From a virus, in IMG/VR virus record IMGVR_UViG_3300020446_001812, positions 1-64,000 of that record: a DNA stretch of 64,000 bases; one strand, 5' to 3'. The position numbers and the translations under genes are program-made. The notes beneath the pieces are model-generated. The model was not told the origin of the DNA and made no database searches. It saw only the letters and a program-made list of their open reading frames with translations. Positions 49,041 through 58,471 of the stretch are shown piece after piece; positions within the stretch are counted from its first letter, which is position 1; each line of letters opens with the position of its first letter.

Positions 49041-50453
49041 ATGAAAAAAGAATTACCATCAAAAACCTTTTGTTTACTTCCTTGGGTGCATCTTAGCACA
49101 AGACCAGATGGAAGTATGCGTGTATGTTGTACAGCAAATGCAAGTTCTGTAGGGCCGACTAATGACAAAGAACATGGTGGTCAAGTTGGTATTTTAAAGA
49201 CAGAAGACGGAAAGCCTAATAATCTCAATGTTAGCGATTTTGAAACTGCCTGGAACAGTACCTACATGAAAAACGTAAGAATGCAAATGCTTAACGGTGA
49301 ACAACCTCCTAGTTGTATAAAATGTTACAAGGAAGAGGCTGCAGGTCATAATTCGAAACGTATGTGGGAAACTGAATACTGGAGACAAAGAGTTGATCTT
49401 GACCAAATAATTGCAAACACAGCAGAAGATGGCAGTGTGCCTCCTAATCTTGCATACATTGATTTAAGATTCGGTACTAAATGTCAACTAGCGTGTGTAA
49501 TGTGTTCGCCGCATGATAGTTCAGGTTGGATAAAAGATTGGAAAGCTGTATTTCCTGCTGTAGAAAATGCAAGTTTAAAAGAAACTATGCAGTGGAAAGA
49601 CAAAGGTAGTTACAATGGAAGCAGTTACAATTGGCACAAACAAAATCCTACATTTTGGAAACAGTTTTATGAACAAATGCCAAGTATGCAACAAATTTAT
49701 TTTGCAGGTGGTGAAAGTTTAATAATTGAAGAACATTATGAAATATTAGAACATGCTATCAAAATGGGTTATGCAAAAGATCTTGAACTTAGATATAACA
49801 GTAATGGAGTAGAATGGCGTGATGATCTATTTGATCTGTGGAAGCAATTCAAACTAGTACGTTTCCATTATTCTATTGATAGTATAGAAAAAATGAATGA
49901 TTATATAAGATATCCAAGTGATTGGACTAGACAAAGTCAAGTCTTTCATATACTAGATAATTATACATCTAATAATGTAGAAGTAACTGTGGCTTGTGCT
50001 GTACAAGCATTAAACATTTATTACATACCTGATTTAATAAAATGGAAATTAAATCAAGGTTTTAAAAAAATTAACATGTGGCCGTTTGGGGCAGGAGGCG
50101 TAAATTATCACTTTGTGTATCATCCGCCGCATTTAAATGTAAAGGTTTTACCTAAATGGTTTAAAGAAGAATGTCGTAAAAAGTATGAAGAATTTTATCC
50201 TTGGTGGGAGGCTAATTGGGAAAAAGGAGTACCTAGTTGGCACAAAGGAAAAGTTGATTATAATAAATGGCGGAGTGCTAGTTATGGTATAAGTAGGCTG
50301 GAAGGTATGTTAAAATTTATGGAAAGCGAAGATTGGAGCATACGTTTGCCTGAAATGAAAGAGTTTTTAGATTTGTGTGACAAACAAAGGGGCGTCACAT
50401 TTTCTGAAACTTTTCCAGAAATGAAGGATATATTTAATGTTTGCAAAAATTAA
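49041..50453 (+). CDS. radical SAM protein with N-terminal twitch domain
   Basis: FCLLPW..VCC...CIKC, then CQLACVMC and FAGGE. Start at MKKELPSK. Confidence 0.9.
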   Translation: MKKELPSKTFCLLPWVHLSTRPDGSMRVCCTANASSVGPTNDKEHGGQVGILKTEDGKPNNLNVSDFETAWNSTYMKNVRMQMLNGEQPPSCIKCYKEEAAGHNSKRMWETEYWRQRVDLDQIIANTAEDGSVPPNLAYIDLRFGTKCQLACVMCSPHDSSGWIKDWKAVFPAVENASLKETMQWKDKGSYNGSSYNWHKQNPTFWKQFYEQMPSMQQIYFAGGESLIIEEHYEILEHAIKMGYAKDLELRYNSNGVEWRDDLFDLWKQFKLVRFHYSIDSIEKMNDYIRYPSDWTRQSQVFHILDNYTSNNVEVTVACAVQALNIYYIPDLIKWKLNQGFKKINMWPFGAGGVNYHFVYHPPHLNVKVLPKWFKEECRKKYEEFYPWWEANWEKGVPSWHKGKVDYNKWRSASYGISRLEGMLKFMESEDWSIRLPEMKEFLDLCDKQRGVTFSETFPEMKDIFNVCKN

Positions 50454-51306
50454 TAGAATAAATGATGTTGAACCATATAAAGTGTTAGAGTATGAAAATT
50501 ACATGCCAAATCTTAAAGATCAAAATGTAATTCGAAATATAGCAGAAAATTTTCAAAAAGCAATAGCACATGATATAATGTTTGACGAAGATGATTTACA
50601 ATGGCTATATGGCTTTGCATATAGTAGATGTCATACAGTGAGGCATAATGATAACGGAACAGTTTTCATAAGCGGAAATTTACAAACTATATACAAGAAG
50701 TTCAAAGATAAAATTGACAATATTATACCTGGTGCTGAAAACTCACCAGTCGTAGGTGGAAACTTTTTTATTACTCCTAGTCAATACGGTTTACATAATG
50801 ATAGTACAAGAGAAAAAGATTGGCAAGATACTTTAAAAAATACTCCTTTAGATAGTGATCGGAGACGTTTTGTTCCTTGGAGAAATGTAATTATTCCTAT
50901 ATATACATGTCTGCCAGGAGTTGAAAGCCATGGCGTATTTTTTGATCAGCGTCACATAGATTTTGCCCATGTTTATCATCATGGTAGAAAACCAGATCAA
51001 AAAGTTGCTACTACATATCCATTAGTTGATGATCATAAGGATATTGATTTTCATTTATTAGATGGAACAAAGCAAGATAGAGAAAAAAATTTATTACCAT
51101 ATAATGAAAATCACTTCGATCGTTACTTATATTATACGCCTAAAAGGAGACTTACTGGGCTAACACCAGAACTAACATGCAAATGGGAAGTAGGTAAACC
51201 TATAGTGTTTGATGCTGTTCAACTACATGCAACAAATAAAGGATTAAAGGATAGACAATGGAATACAAAAATGGGACTGTTGTTGACTTTCCTTAGAGAA
51301 ATGTAA
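50437..51306 (+). CDS. 2OG-Fe(II) oxygenase-like (DSBH) protein
   Basis: HxD (GLHND), distal FDAVQLH, followed by K.GL strand. Confidence 0.6.
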   Translation: MFAKINRINDVEPYKVLEYENYMPNLKDQNVIRNIAENFQKAIAHDIMFDEDDLQWLYGFAYSRCHTVRHNDNGTVFISGNLQTIYKKFKDKIDNIIPGAENSPVVGGNFFITPSQYGLHNDSTREKDWQDTLKNTPLDSDRRRFVPWRNVIIPIYTCLPGVESHGVFFDQRHIDFAHVYHHGRKPDQKVATTYPLVDDHKDIDFHLLDGTKQDREKNLLPYNENHFDRYLYYTPKRRLTGLTPELTCKWEVGKPIVFDAVQLHATNKGLKDRQWNTKMGLLLTFLREM

Positions 51307-51974
51307 TGAAAAAACTTGCGGTATTTGGTTGTAGTTGGTCATATGGTGTTCCTGGTGTAGGTGAAAAACGTAATAGATTATATGACTGCTGGCCTATAAG
51401 ATTTGCCTTGCAAAATAAGGATTATGAGGTGTATAACTTTGCTAGAGGTGGTACGTGTGTAAATTGGAGTATTGCAAGATTATTACAATTTTTACAAACA
51501 CCTTTATCAAAAGATTGTAAAATTGTTTTTCAAGTTACACAACCATATAGATTTACTTCTAATGTAGATGTTTGTACACAAGGTAATTACAATTTTTTAC
51601 AATACGAAAATTATTTTGTAGATAGAGGTACAGATCCTATTACGCATATGCCTGGAAATATAGCACTTAGAAAATCCGTAGAAGCAAAACTTTATAGAAG
51701 TATGATAAAACATTATCCTGATACATATAGTTTTATTGAGCATGAAGCACAAATTGCTTACCTAAAAAATATTTGTGATTTTGTTTATAGGCATAATTCT
51801 ATAAATTATAAAATTTTACCAAATTTGCAAAACGAGCATACAAAAATATTTAATGTAAGAGAAAAACTTACTAAGGTAAAATGGAAAGAATATGTTGCTG
51901 ATGCTGGTGATCATTTTGGTCCTGATGGATTAGAATGGATAGCAAACATAGTCAAGGAAAAACTTAATGACTAA
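51306..51974 (+). CDS. SGNH/GDSL-type hydrolase or acyltransferase-like protein
   Basis: AVFGCSWSYG, NFARGG, C-terminal DAGDHF. Confidence 0.7.
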   Translation: MKKLAVFGCSWSYGVPGVGEKRNRLYDCWPIRFALQNKDYEVYNFARGGTCVNWSIARLLQFLQTPLSKDCKIVFQVTQPYRFTSNVDVCTQGNYNFLQYENYFVDRGTDPITHMPGNIALRKSVEAKLYRSMIKHYPDTYSFIEHEAQIAYLKNICDFVYRHNSINYKILPNLQNEHTKIFNVREKLTKVKWKEYVADAGDHFGPDGLEWIANIVKEKLND

Positions 51975-53148
51975 TACACTTTGTCCTGCACCGTGGGAAC
52001 ACCATTGTGTTAACACTAATGGTCGTAATAGGCTATGTTGTAATGCTGTGACAAGTGCATCTAAGTTTTTAGATGGGTTCGAAGAATATTGGAATGGAGA
52101 AGAATTACAAAAAGTCAGACAACAAATGATTGCTGGAGAGCGTCCAGACGCTTGTATAAGTTGTTGGAACAAAGAAGATGCAGGCATAAAAAGTTTACGT
52201 CAAGGAATGATAGAAGGTTTAAAAAATAGAGAAGGAGAATGGGAAAAATTTACAAATGATTTAAATTATGTTCATAAATATCCATTATCTTTGGATTTGA
52301 AGTTAGGAAACTATTGTAATTTATCGTGTCGAATGTGTAGTAGTTATAGTAGCAGTACATATGCATTAGAATTTAAAAAAATCCTTAAGGAAACAGGAAT
52401 AGACCTTGGTATAAATGATTATGAAAAGTATAATGTACAATCTAAATGGTATAACGAACCTAAATTTGTAGATACAATTAAAAAAATGATAAATGATGGA
52501 TTACGACATCTAAAATTTACAGGAGGCGAACCATTAATGGTACCATCTGTAAAAAAATTATTAAATTATTGTATTGAACAGAATAAAGCAAAAAATATAG
52601 AACTTGTACTGATAACTAATGGCACACTACTAAATCAAGAGTGGATAGATATTTTTGCACATTTCAAAAATATTTCAATAATTTTTAGTATTGACGGCAC
52701 TGAGGATACATTTGAATTTATAAGACATCCTGCCAAATGGATGGTTATAAAAGAAAAATTAAATTTATTAGATAAGATACAAGATGATAAATTTTTTATA
52801 TGTATTTCCTTCACATATCAAATATATAATATACTTCAAATTAGAAATATGATAGAATTAATTAGAGAGCATAAAATTAGCATAAGTCCTACAATTTTAG
52901 ATACACCTAATTATTTAGATGTAAGTTATGCACCTGATGCTTTGAAGAATGTTGCTATCACAATGATTGATAATATTAATCCATTAAATAATACGGAAAA
53001 GATATTTCTACGGGACTGCAAAAATGCATTAGGTAGAAATATTTTTGATAAAGATAAAAGTAAAAAAATGATAGAGGTTACATTGTTGAAAGACAAGTAC
53101 AAAAATCAAAACTTTAGTGACACAGAGATAAGCAAATATTATGATTAA
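51967..53148 (+). CDS. radical SAM protein with N-terminal twitch domain
   Basis: CPAPW..LCC...CISC; CNLSCRMC; FTGGEP; ITNGT; FSIDG. Confidence 0.9.
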   Translation: MTNTLCPAPWEHHCVNTNGRNRLCCNAVTSASKFLDGFEEYWNGEELQKVRQQMIAGERPDACISCWNKEDAGIKSLRQGMIEGLKNREGEWEKFTNDLNYVHKYPLSLDLKLGNYCNLSCRMCSSYSSSTYALEFKKILKETGIDLGINDYEKYNVQSKWYNEPKFVDTIKKMINDGLRHLKFTGGEPLMVPSVKKLLNYCIEQNKAKNIELVLITNGTLLNQEWIDIFAHFKNISIIFSIDGTEDTFEFIRHPAKWMVIKEKLNLLDKIQDDKFFICISFTYQIYNILQIRNMIELIREHKISISPTILDTPNYLDVSYAPDALKNVAITMIDNINPLNNTEKIFLRDCKNALGRNIFDKDKSKKMIEVTLLKDKYKNQNFSDTEISKYYD

Positions 53149-54292
53149 ATGTTGGGCAACAGAAAATAGTGTGCAAATTGATCCACAAGGTTTTGTCAGG
53201 CCTTGCTGTAAGTTTGAAGGAAATTTTGGCAAATTTGAAAACTACGATAGCATAGATGCTATACTGAATGGTAAAGATTATACTTTACTTCGTAAACGGC
53301 ATTCATTAGGAAATATGACAAAAGCATGCTGGAGATGTAAAGAAGCAGAAGATAGGGGTTATAGGAGTAGACGCCAGGCATATGAAACTAGATATAGCGA
53401 AAATGATTTTCAATTAGACATAAGTCCTGGATTATATTGTAACCTGAAATGTAGAATGTGTGGCCCTATTAACAGCACAGGTTGGTTTAGTGATAACGAT
53501 AAGTTATATGATTTAGGCATTCATGGCATGCATAGTAGTAAATATAACGTTTATAACATGCCTCAGTATGATGTAGATAAGATAGTAAAGTTTATTGAAT
53601 CCAACACAAAAAATATTGATATAGAGTTGAAAGGTGGAGAGCCTTTAATGTTGCCAGCAACAAAACATTTACTCCAGACATTATCAAAATGGGGAGATAG
53701 AATCCAAATTAATATGATTACAAATGGAACATATACTCCCGATTGGCTGCCGAACATATTGGAAAAATTTAGAATGGTAACTATAGGTATTAGTGCTGAC
53801 GGTGTAGGCGAAGTTTATAATTATATAAGAGGTGATGAAGTAAAAAATACGTGGAAAGTATTTCAAAAAAATATATCTTGGTATAAAAAATTAAAATGTA
53901 AGATAAGATTTAATTTTACTTTGCAGAATACAAATATCCATCATTTATATAAATTTGCAAATGAAGTAGGAGCAGAGAATGTACATGTTATAAATTTAGT
54001 AAATCCTAAATTTAATTCAATTAAAATTATTCCTAAACAAGCACGTGCCTATATATTAGATCAAGTAGAACCTTGGATAGATATCTTAGGTAAACATCAC
54101 CTTTATTATCAAAAAAAAGATGCACTTATTATTAAAAAAGAATTACTTAGAGACGAAGAAGTAGATTTAAAATTATATAATGAATATATTACTTACAACG
54201 CCCATTTAGATAAATTGAGATCACAAAATTTATTAGAAGTTGTTCCGCATTTAATTACAACAGAAGGTAGAAAATTGTATGAGTCAATCTAA
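53141..54292 (+). CDS. radical SAM protein with N-terminal twitch domain
   Basis: KC...PCC...CWRC; CNLKCRMC; KGGEP; ITNGT; ISADG. Confidence 0.9.
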   Translation: MIKCWATENSVQIDPQGFVRPCCKFEGNFGKFENYDSIDAILNGKDYTLLRKRHSLGNMTKACWRCKEAEDRGYRSRRQAYETRYSENDFQLDISPGLYCNLKCRMCGPINSTGWFSDNDKLYDLGIHGMHSSKYNVYNMPQYDVDKIVKFIESNTKNIDIELKGGEPLMLPATKHLLQTLSKWGDRIQINMITNGTYTPDWLPNILEKFRMVTIGISADGVGEVYNYIRGDEVKNTWKVFQKNISWYKKLKCKIRFNFTLQNTNIHHLYKFANEVGAENVHVINLVNPKFNSIKIIPKQARAYILDQVEPWIDILGKHHLYYQKKDALIIKKELLRDEEVDLKLYNEYITYNAHLDKLRSQNLLEVVPHLITTEGRKLYESI

Positions 54293-55436
54293 AACTTTTT
54301 GTATATTACCATGGATGCATCTTGCTACAAATGCAAGCGGAAATCTGCGTGTTTGTTGTAATAGCACACCTGGCGAAAATTTTATTATGAACAACGATAA
54401 ACCTTTCAAGATTCAAAAAGATGATTTAGAAGTTGCTTGGAATAGTCCTACATATAAAAAAATTAGATCTGAGTTGTTAAATGATATACGACCTAAAATG
54501 TGTACAAGATGTTTTAGGGAAGAAGATTCAGGTATTAAAAGTGCTAGACAAGGATGGAATGAAAAATGGAAAGAGGATATTGAATATATTATTAATGCAC
54601 CTTTTAATATTAAGTATGTAGACATACGCTTAGGAAATTTGTGTAATTTGAAATGTAGAATGTGTAATCCTTACGCAAGTAATCAATGGGTAAAAGAATG
54701 GAACTTAATAGAAGACGCTTTAAGTCCGTCGGAATATAATAGATTAAAAAGTATGGACTGGCCTGAGAACAAAAAAACATGGCAAAATTTGTTTAGTCTT
54801 GCAAATACAGTAGAAGAAATATATTTGACAGGCGGCGAGCCTACTATAATAAAAGAGCAACATAAATTATTAGATTACTTAATAAAAAATGGACAAAGTA
54901 AAAATATTAAATTAAAATATAACACAAATCTTACTAATGTTCCTAAACACTTGCTAGATAAATGGTTGAAGTTTAAAAGAGTGCAATTAAATTGCAGTAT
55001 AGATGCCACAGGTGAACTAGATAGATATATTAGATATCCTAGTAATTGGAATAAAATTGTTGAAAATTTTGAAACAGTAAGGAAGTTACCTAATGTTGGA
55101 ATAGAAATACATTGTACAGTACAGATGTACAACATACTTAGACTGCAAAATTTAATTGAATGGGCAACTCCATATAATCATAAAATTTATTTCAACATAT
55201 TAAATCATCCTGAGTATTTGAATATTAGATGCTTACCTCAGGATTTAAAGGCACAAGTTCAAAGTACATTAAATAATTATATAGAATTACCTAAAGTAAA
55301 AGGAATAATAAATTATATGTTTGCAGAAGATTGGAGCAATAAATTACCAAAATTTAAGCAATATACTGAGGAGTTAGATAAAAGCAGGAACGAAGATGTA
55401 TATAAATTACTTCCAGAATTAAAGGAGATATTATGA
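54279..55436 (+). CDS. radical SAM protein with N-terminal twitch domain
   Basis: FCILPW..VCC...CTRC; CNLKCRMC; LTGGEP. Confidence 0.9.
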   Translation: MSQSKTFCILPWMHLATNASGNLRVCCNSTPGENFIMNNDKPFKIQKDDLEVAWNSPTYKKIRSELLNDIRPKMCTRCFREEDSGIKSARQGWNEKWKEDIEYIINAPFNIKYVDIRLGNLCNLKCRMCNPYASNQWVKEWNLIEDALSPSEYNRLKSMDWPENKKTWQNLFSLANTVEEIYLTGGEPTIIKEQHKLLDYLIKNGQSKNIKLKYNTNLTNVPKHLLDKWLKFKRVQLNCSIDATGELDRYIRYPSNWNKIVENFETVRKLPNVGIEIHCTVQMYNILRLQNLIEWATPYNHKIYFNILNHPEYLNIRCLPQDLKAQVQSTLNNYIELPKVKGIINYMFAEDWSNKLPKFKQYTEELDKSRNEDVYKLLPELKEIL

Positions 55437-56164
55437 CAGATAAAAAAGTACCATTAGCCCAAAGACATGCACAAGCAAATTATTGGTTTAATTTCAAAAG
55501 AGATCCTTCATCTGTTGAACCTAGTGCAGAAGATATTAAATGTGAATTACAACTACAAGCATTAAGTGATTTTGAGAGATTAAAATTTGATATAGATTAT
55601 GACCAGTTTAGAAAACAAATGAAACCCTATGAGGATTCGTGGGTACCTTATTTACAGCGTGAAGGTTTGAGTAATCCAAGACAAGGATTATGCTTATTTG
55701 GATTACCTGGTGATTCTTGTAGTGATAGTTTAAGTTTGCCTGAGGCTAGAATAAGAACAGGAAATAAACAATTACATGAATTAGACTTTAATACACCCAC
55801 GCAACTATATAAAGATTTGACTTGCTTACACGAGTTAGTAGGATATTGGAATCCAATAGGTCGAAGTATGCTTGTAAAAACTAACGAAGGTGGATATTTC
55901 CCTCCACATAAAGATCATCCTTTACTTAACAGAACATGTTTTAGAGTAATTGCATTTATTGGACATCACGTTGATCACGAAGCATATGAATGGGAAATGA
56001 ATGGCAGGGTTTGGAGAATCAAACAGAATGCATCTTATTATGTAGATACAAGGAAAACACACAGGACACATAGTTGGCAAAATGATAGTATACATTTAAT
56101 TATGAATGTGCCTAAAACATGGGAAAACGTAATGAAATTAATGGCAGTGACCAAAAATTTCTAG
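55433..56164 (+). CDS. 2OG-Fe(II) oxygenase, Asp/Asn beta-hydroxylase-like
   Basis: GGYFPPHKD (HxD), YYVDTRKTH distal His, IHLIMN strand. Confidence 0.7.
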   Translation: MTDKKVPLAQRHAQANYWFNFKRDPSSVEPSAEDIKCELQLQALSDFERLKFDIDYDQFRKQMKPYEDSWVPYLQREGLSNPRQGLCLFGLPGDSCSDSLSLPEARIRTGNKQLHELDFNTPTQLYKDLTCLHELVGYWNPIGRSMLVKTNEGGYFPPHKDHPLLNRTCFRVIAFIGHHVDHEAYEWEMNGRVWRIKQNASYYVDTRKTHRTHSWQNDSIHLIMNVPKTWENVMKLMAVTKNF

Positions 56165-56166
56165 CG

Positions 56167-56195
56167 TTGACAAAAAAAGTGTTGTGTGTTATAAT
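56167..56195 (+). promoter_or_regulatory. perfect-consensus sigma70 promoter, leaderless transcript
   Basis: TTGACA (56167-56172), 17 nt, TATAAT (56190-56195); ATG only 5 nt downstream. Confidence 0.85.
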
Positions 56196-56200
56196 TATAT

Positions 56201-57328
56201 ATGAATGAAGATTTAAAATGGAGTAACTATGACTTTACCAAAATCCCGTTTGAGGACATTGTTAGTGTCGGCCAGCGGACACTCTTATATAGAGACCTGT
56301 TTACTGTTAGCTGGCTCCTCGGAAGATTCTGTAACTACAGATGTAGCTACTGCTGGCCCTACGCAAGAAGCGACAGAAAAGATCATAGACCAACAGAACT
56401 CTGTCTTAAAACAATAGATAGTATAAAGGAGCAAGCACGTGGAAATGGCTTTAATAGTTTTCATTTTTCTCTTAGCGGCGGCGAGCCTACCTTTCACCCT
56501 GGATACTTGGACATACTCAACTATCTCGCTGATGATGTTAGCAACACTAATTACACTAGTGTTCATATGACTTCTAATTGTTCAAGACCTATGAAATGGT
56601 TTGAACAATATGTAGAAGTTGCTAAACCTTTTCACAGGGCTAGTATTACAGCAAGTCTGCATACAGAGCATGTAAATACAAAAGATAAGATGCAAGACTT
56701 TGCAGACAAACTTATTTTTTGTCAAGAGCATGATATACAAATTACAATTAATCAAGTTATGGTTCCGGAATGGTTTGAAAGAGATTGGGAAAACGCCCTT
56801 TTCTTTCACGAACAAGGAATCAACGTTACTCTTAAGCCGCAATCAGATCCTACTGCAAGTCGTGTTGTCGATGGTTATAAAAAAGAAGATTTAGAAAAAT
56901 TATGGAATGGCATGCCTCAACGTGCATATACTGAAAGTAAACGTAAATGGGCAGAAAGACCTAAAGCAAAATGGTTAAGTTGGAAAGATTTCAACACTGA
57001 AGAATCTGTACCGCCACATTTTCAAGTTGAATTTGAAGATAGCAAAGGCAAAAAATGGTATATGGATCAGGCAGAAAGATTTAATGCTTTTAATTTTAAC
57101 AAGTTCAAGGGCTGGAGATGTAATGCAGGATTCAGCGGAATAATTATAAGAGAACCTGACGGTAGTATTAAAAGAAGCTATTCTTGTCATGATGATCCTT
57201 TAGGAAACATTGAAACAGGATTTAAACTTTTTAATGCGCCTCAAACCTGCATAACAGATAGTTGTGTTAGTTCGGCTGACAGTAAAATACCAAAAAGGAA
57301 AACTAATGCGTCAACAACAGCAGATTAA
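56201..57328 (+). CDS. radical SAM protein with C-terminal Cys-rich (SPASM-like) domain
   Basis: CNYRCSYC, LSGGEP, TSN; C-terminal CNAG...SC...C...C...AD. Confidence 0.9.
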   Translation: MNEDLKWSNYDFTKIPFEDIVSVGQRTLLYRDLFTVSWLLGRFCNYRCSYCWPYARSDRKDHRPTELCLKTIDSIKEQARGNGFNSFHFSLSGGEPTFHPGYLDILNYLADDVSNTNYTSVHMTSNCSRPMKWFEQYVEVAKPFHRASITASLHTEHVNTKDKMQDFADKLIFCQEHDIQITINQVMVPEWFERDWENALFFHEQGINVTLKPQSDPTASRVVDGYKKEDLEKLWNGMPQRAYTESKRKWAERPKAKWLSWKDFNTEESVPPHFQVEFEDSKGKKWYMDQAERFNAFNFNKFKGWRCNAGFSGIIIREPDGSIKRSYSCHDDPLGNIETGFKLFNAPQTCITDSCVSSADSKIPKRKTNASTTAD

Positions 57329-58001
57329 CAAAATAAAACAAACTCATAGTGACCCTACACAGTTTGTAAATATTCTTTCTGAAGATAAGATAAATTTTTT
57401 AATTGAACATTATGAACAATCGGATAAAAAAATAGAAAAAAATACAGGACCGATTATGCTTACTGTAAACGAAGGTGATGGCATAATAGATGATATATTA
57501 AAATTACTTAGACAAATGTATGGAAATTTTAATGTGCGTTCTGCCCATTTTTTTGATGTGAAAGATCCGCATATCATACATGTAGATGATGGCAAGGAGT
57601 TACCAGATAGTTTTAAAGCATTTACAATTCCTTTACGAGTAATTGGCAATGATGCAAGTAAGGCTAAATTAATTATGTTTGACCAATATTACTATGGCGG
57701 TGCAGCCAAGTTTATGAAAAATGGTCCTGCAGTCAAAAAAACTTTTTATAATACGCATTTGTACATTTATGACGATGTGCAAGGGTTGAATGACAAAGGT
57801 ATTCCCGAAGAATATAAAGGCATGTTAAGTCATCTCAAAGAATCTTGGTATGATGGCTTGAGTATTAAAAGTTATTTTCCATGGACTATCGGATCTATAA
57901 TTTGTTTTGATAGTTTAAGATTACATTGTGCAAGTAATTTTAAGACAGAAAATATAGAAAGGAAACTAGGCCTAAGTATTTTTACCACTCAGCCTAATTA
58001 A
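57306..58001 (+). CDS. 2OG-Fe(II) oxygenase-like (DSBH) protein, paralog of 50437
   Basis: IHVD, FTIPL, FDQ, W.IG..I.FDSLRLH, KLGL. ATG 57306 with AAGGA RBS. Confidence 0.6.
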   Translation: MRQQQQINKIKQTHSDPTQFVNILSEDKINFLIEHYEQSDKKIEKNTGPIMLTVNEGDGIIDDILKLLRQMYGNFNVRSAHFFDVKDPHIIHVDDGKELPDSFKAFTIPLRVIGNDASKAKLIMFDQYYYGGAAKFMKNGPAVKKTFYNTHLYIYDDVQGLNDKGIPEEYKGMLSHLKESWYDGLSIKSYFPWTIGSIICFDSLRLHCASNFKTENIERKLGLSIFTTQPN

Positions 58002-58003
58002 TT

Positions 58004-58471
58004 ATGGAATTAGTAATTAGTGAATTACATTTGAAAAAGCCACCTTGGACTTTGAGAAATAAATTAATTGCAGAACATTTAGAACCAAATAAATCTGTAA
58101 TTGATATAGGAGGTGGAGCCGGAGATATTTTGAAATATTACAAGCCTAGTAAATATTGTAATATTGATGGGATGCCAGTTGATAATGTTGATATTATTTT
58201 AGATTTAGATTCAGATTATCATTTGGAATTAGAGGAAGGTTGGGATTATTCTATCAACAGTGGCATCTTAGAATGGGTAAAAAGGGTAGACTATTTCTTA
58301 GACAAACAAAAAAATTTAGCAAACAATTATATTTTTACATGGCATCACGATCCATTATGGGGAAGGATGAGTTTTAGTCGAATAGAAAGTATAATTAATG
58401 AAAATTATATTATAAATGATACCATACCTTGGGGCGGTAAGCAAAAAATATATAAATGTAAAGCAAAATGA
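58004..58471 (+). CDS. class I SAM-dependent methyltransferase
   Basis: SVIDIGGGAG motif I, NID, DLD, DYSINSGILEW. Confidence 0.75.
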   Translation: MELVISELHLKKPPWTLRNKLIAEHLEPNKSVIDIGGGAGDILKYYKPSKYCNIDGMPVDNVDIILDLDSDYHLELEEGWDYSINSGILEWVKRVDYFLDKQKNLANNYIFTWHHDPLWGRMSFSRIESIINENYIINDTIPWGGKQKIYKCKAK

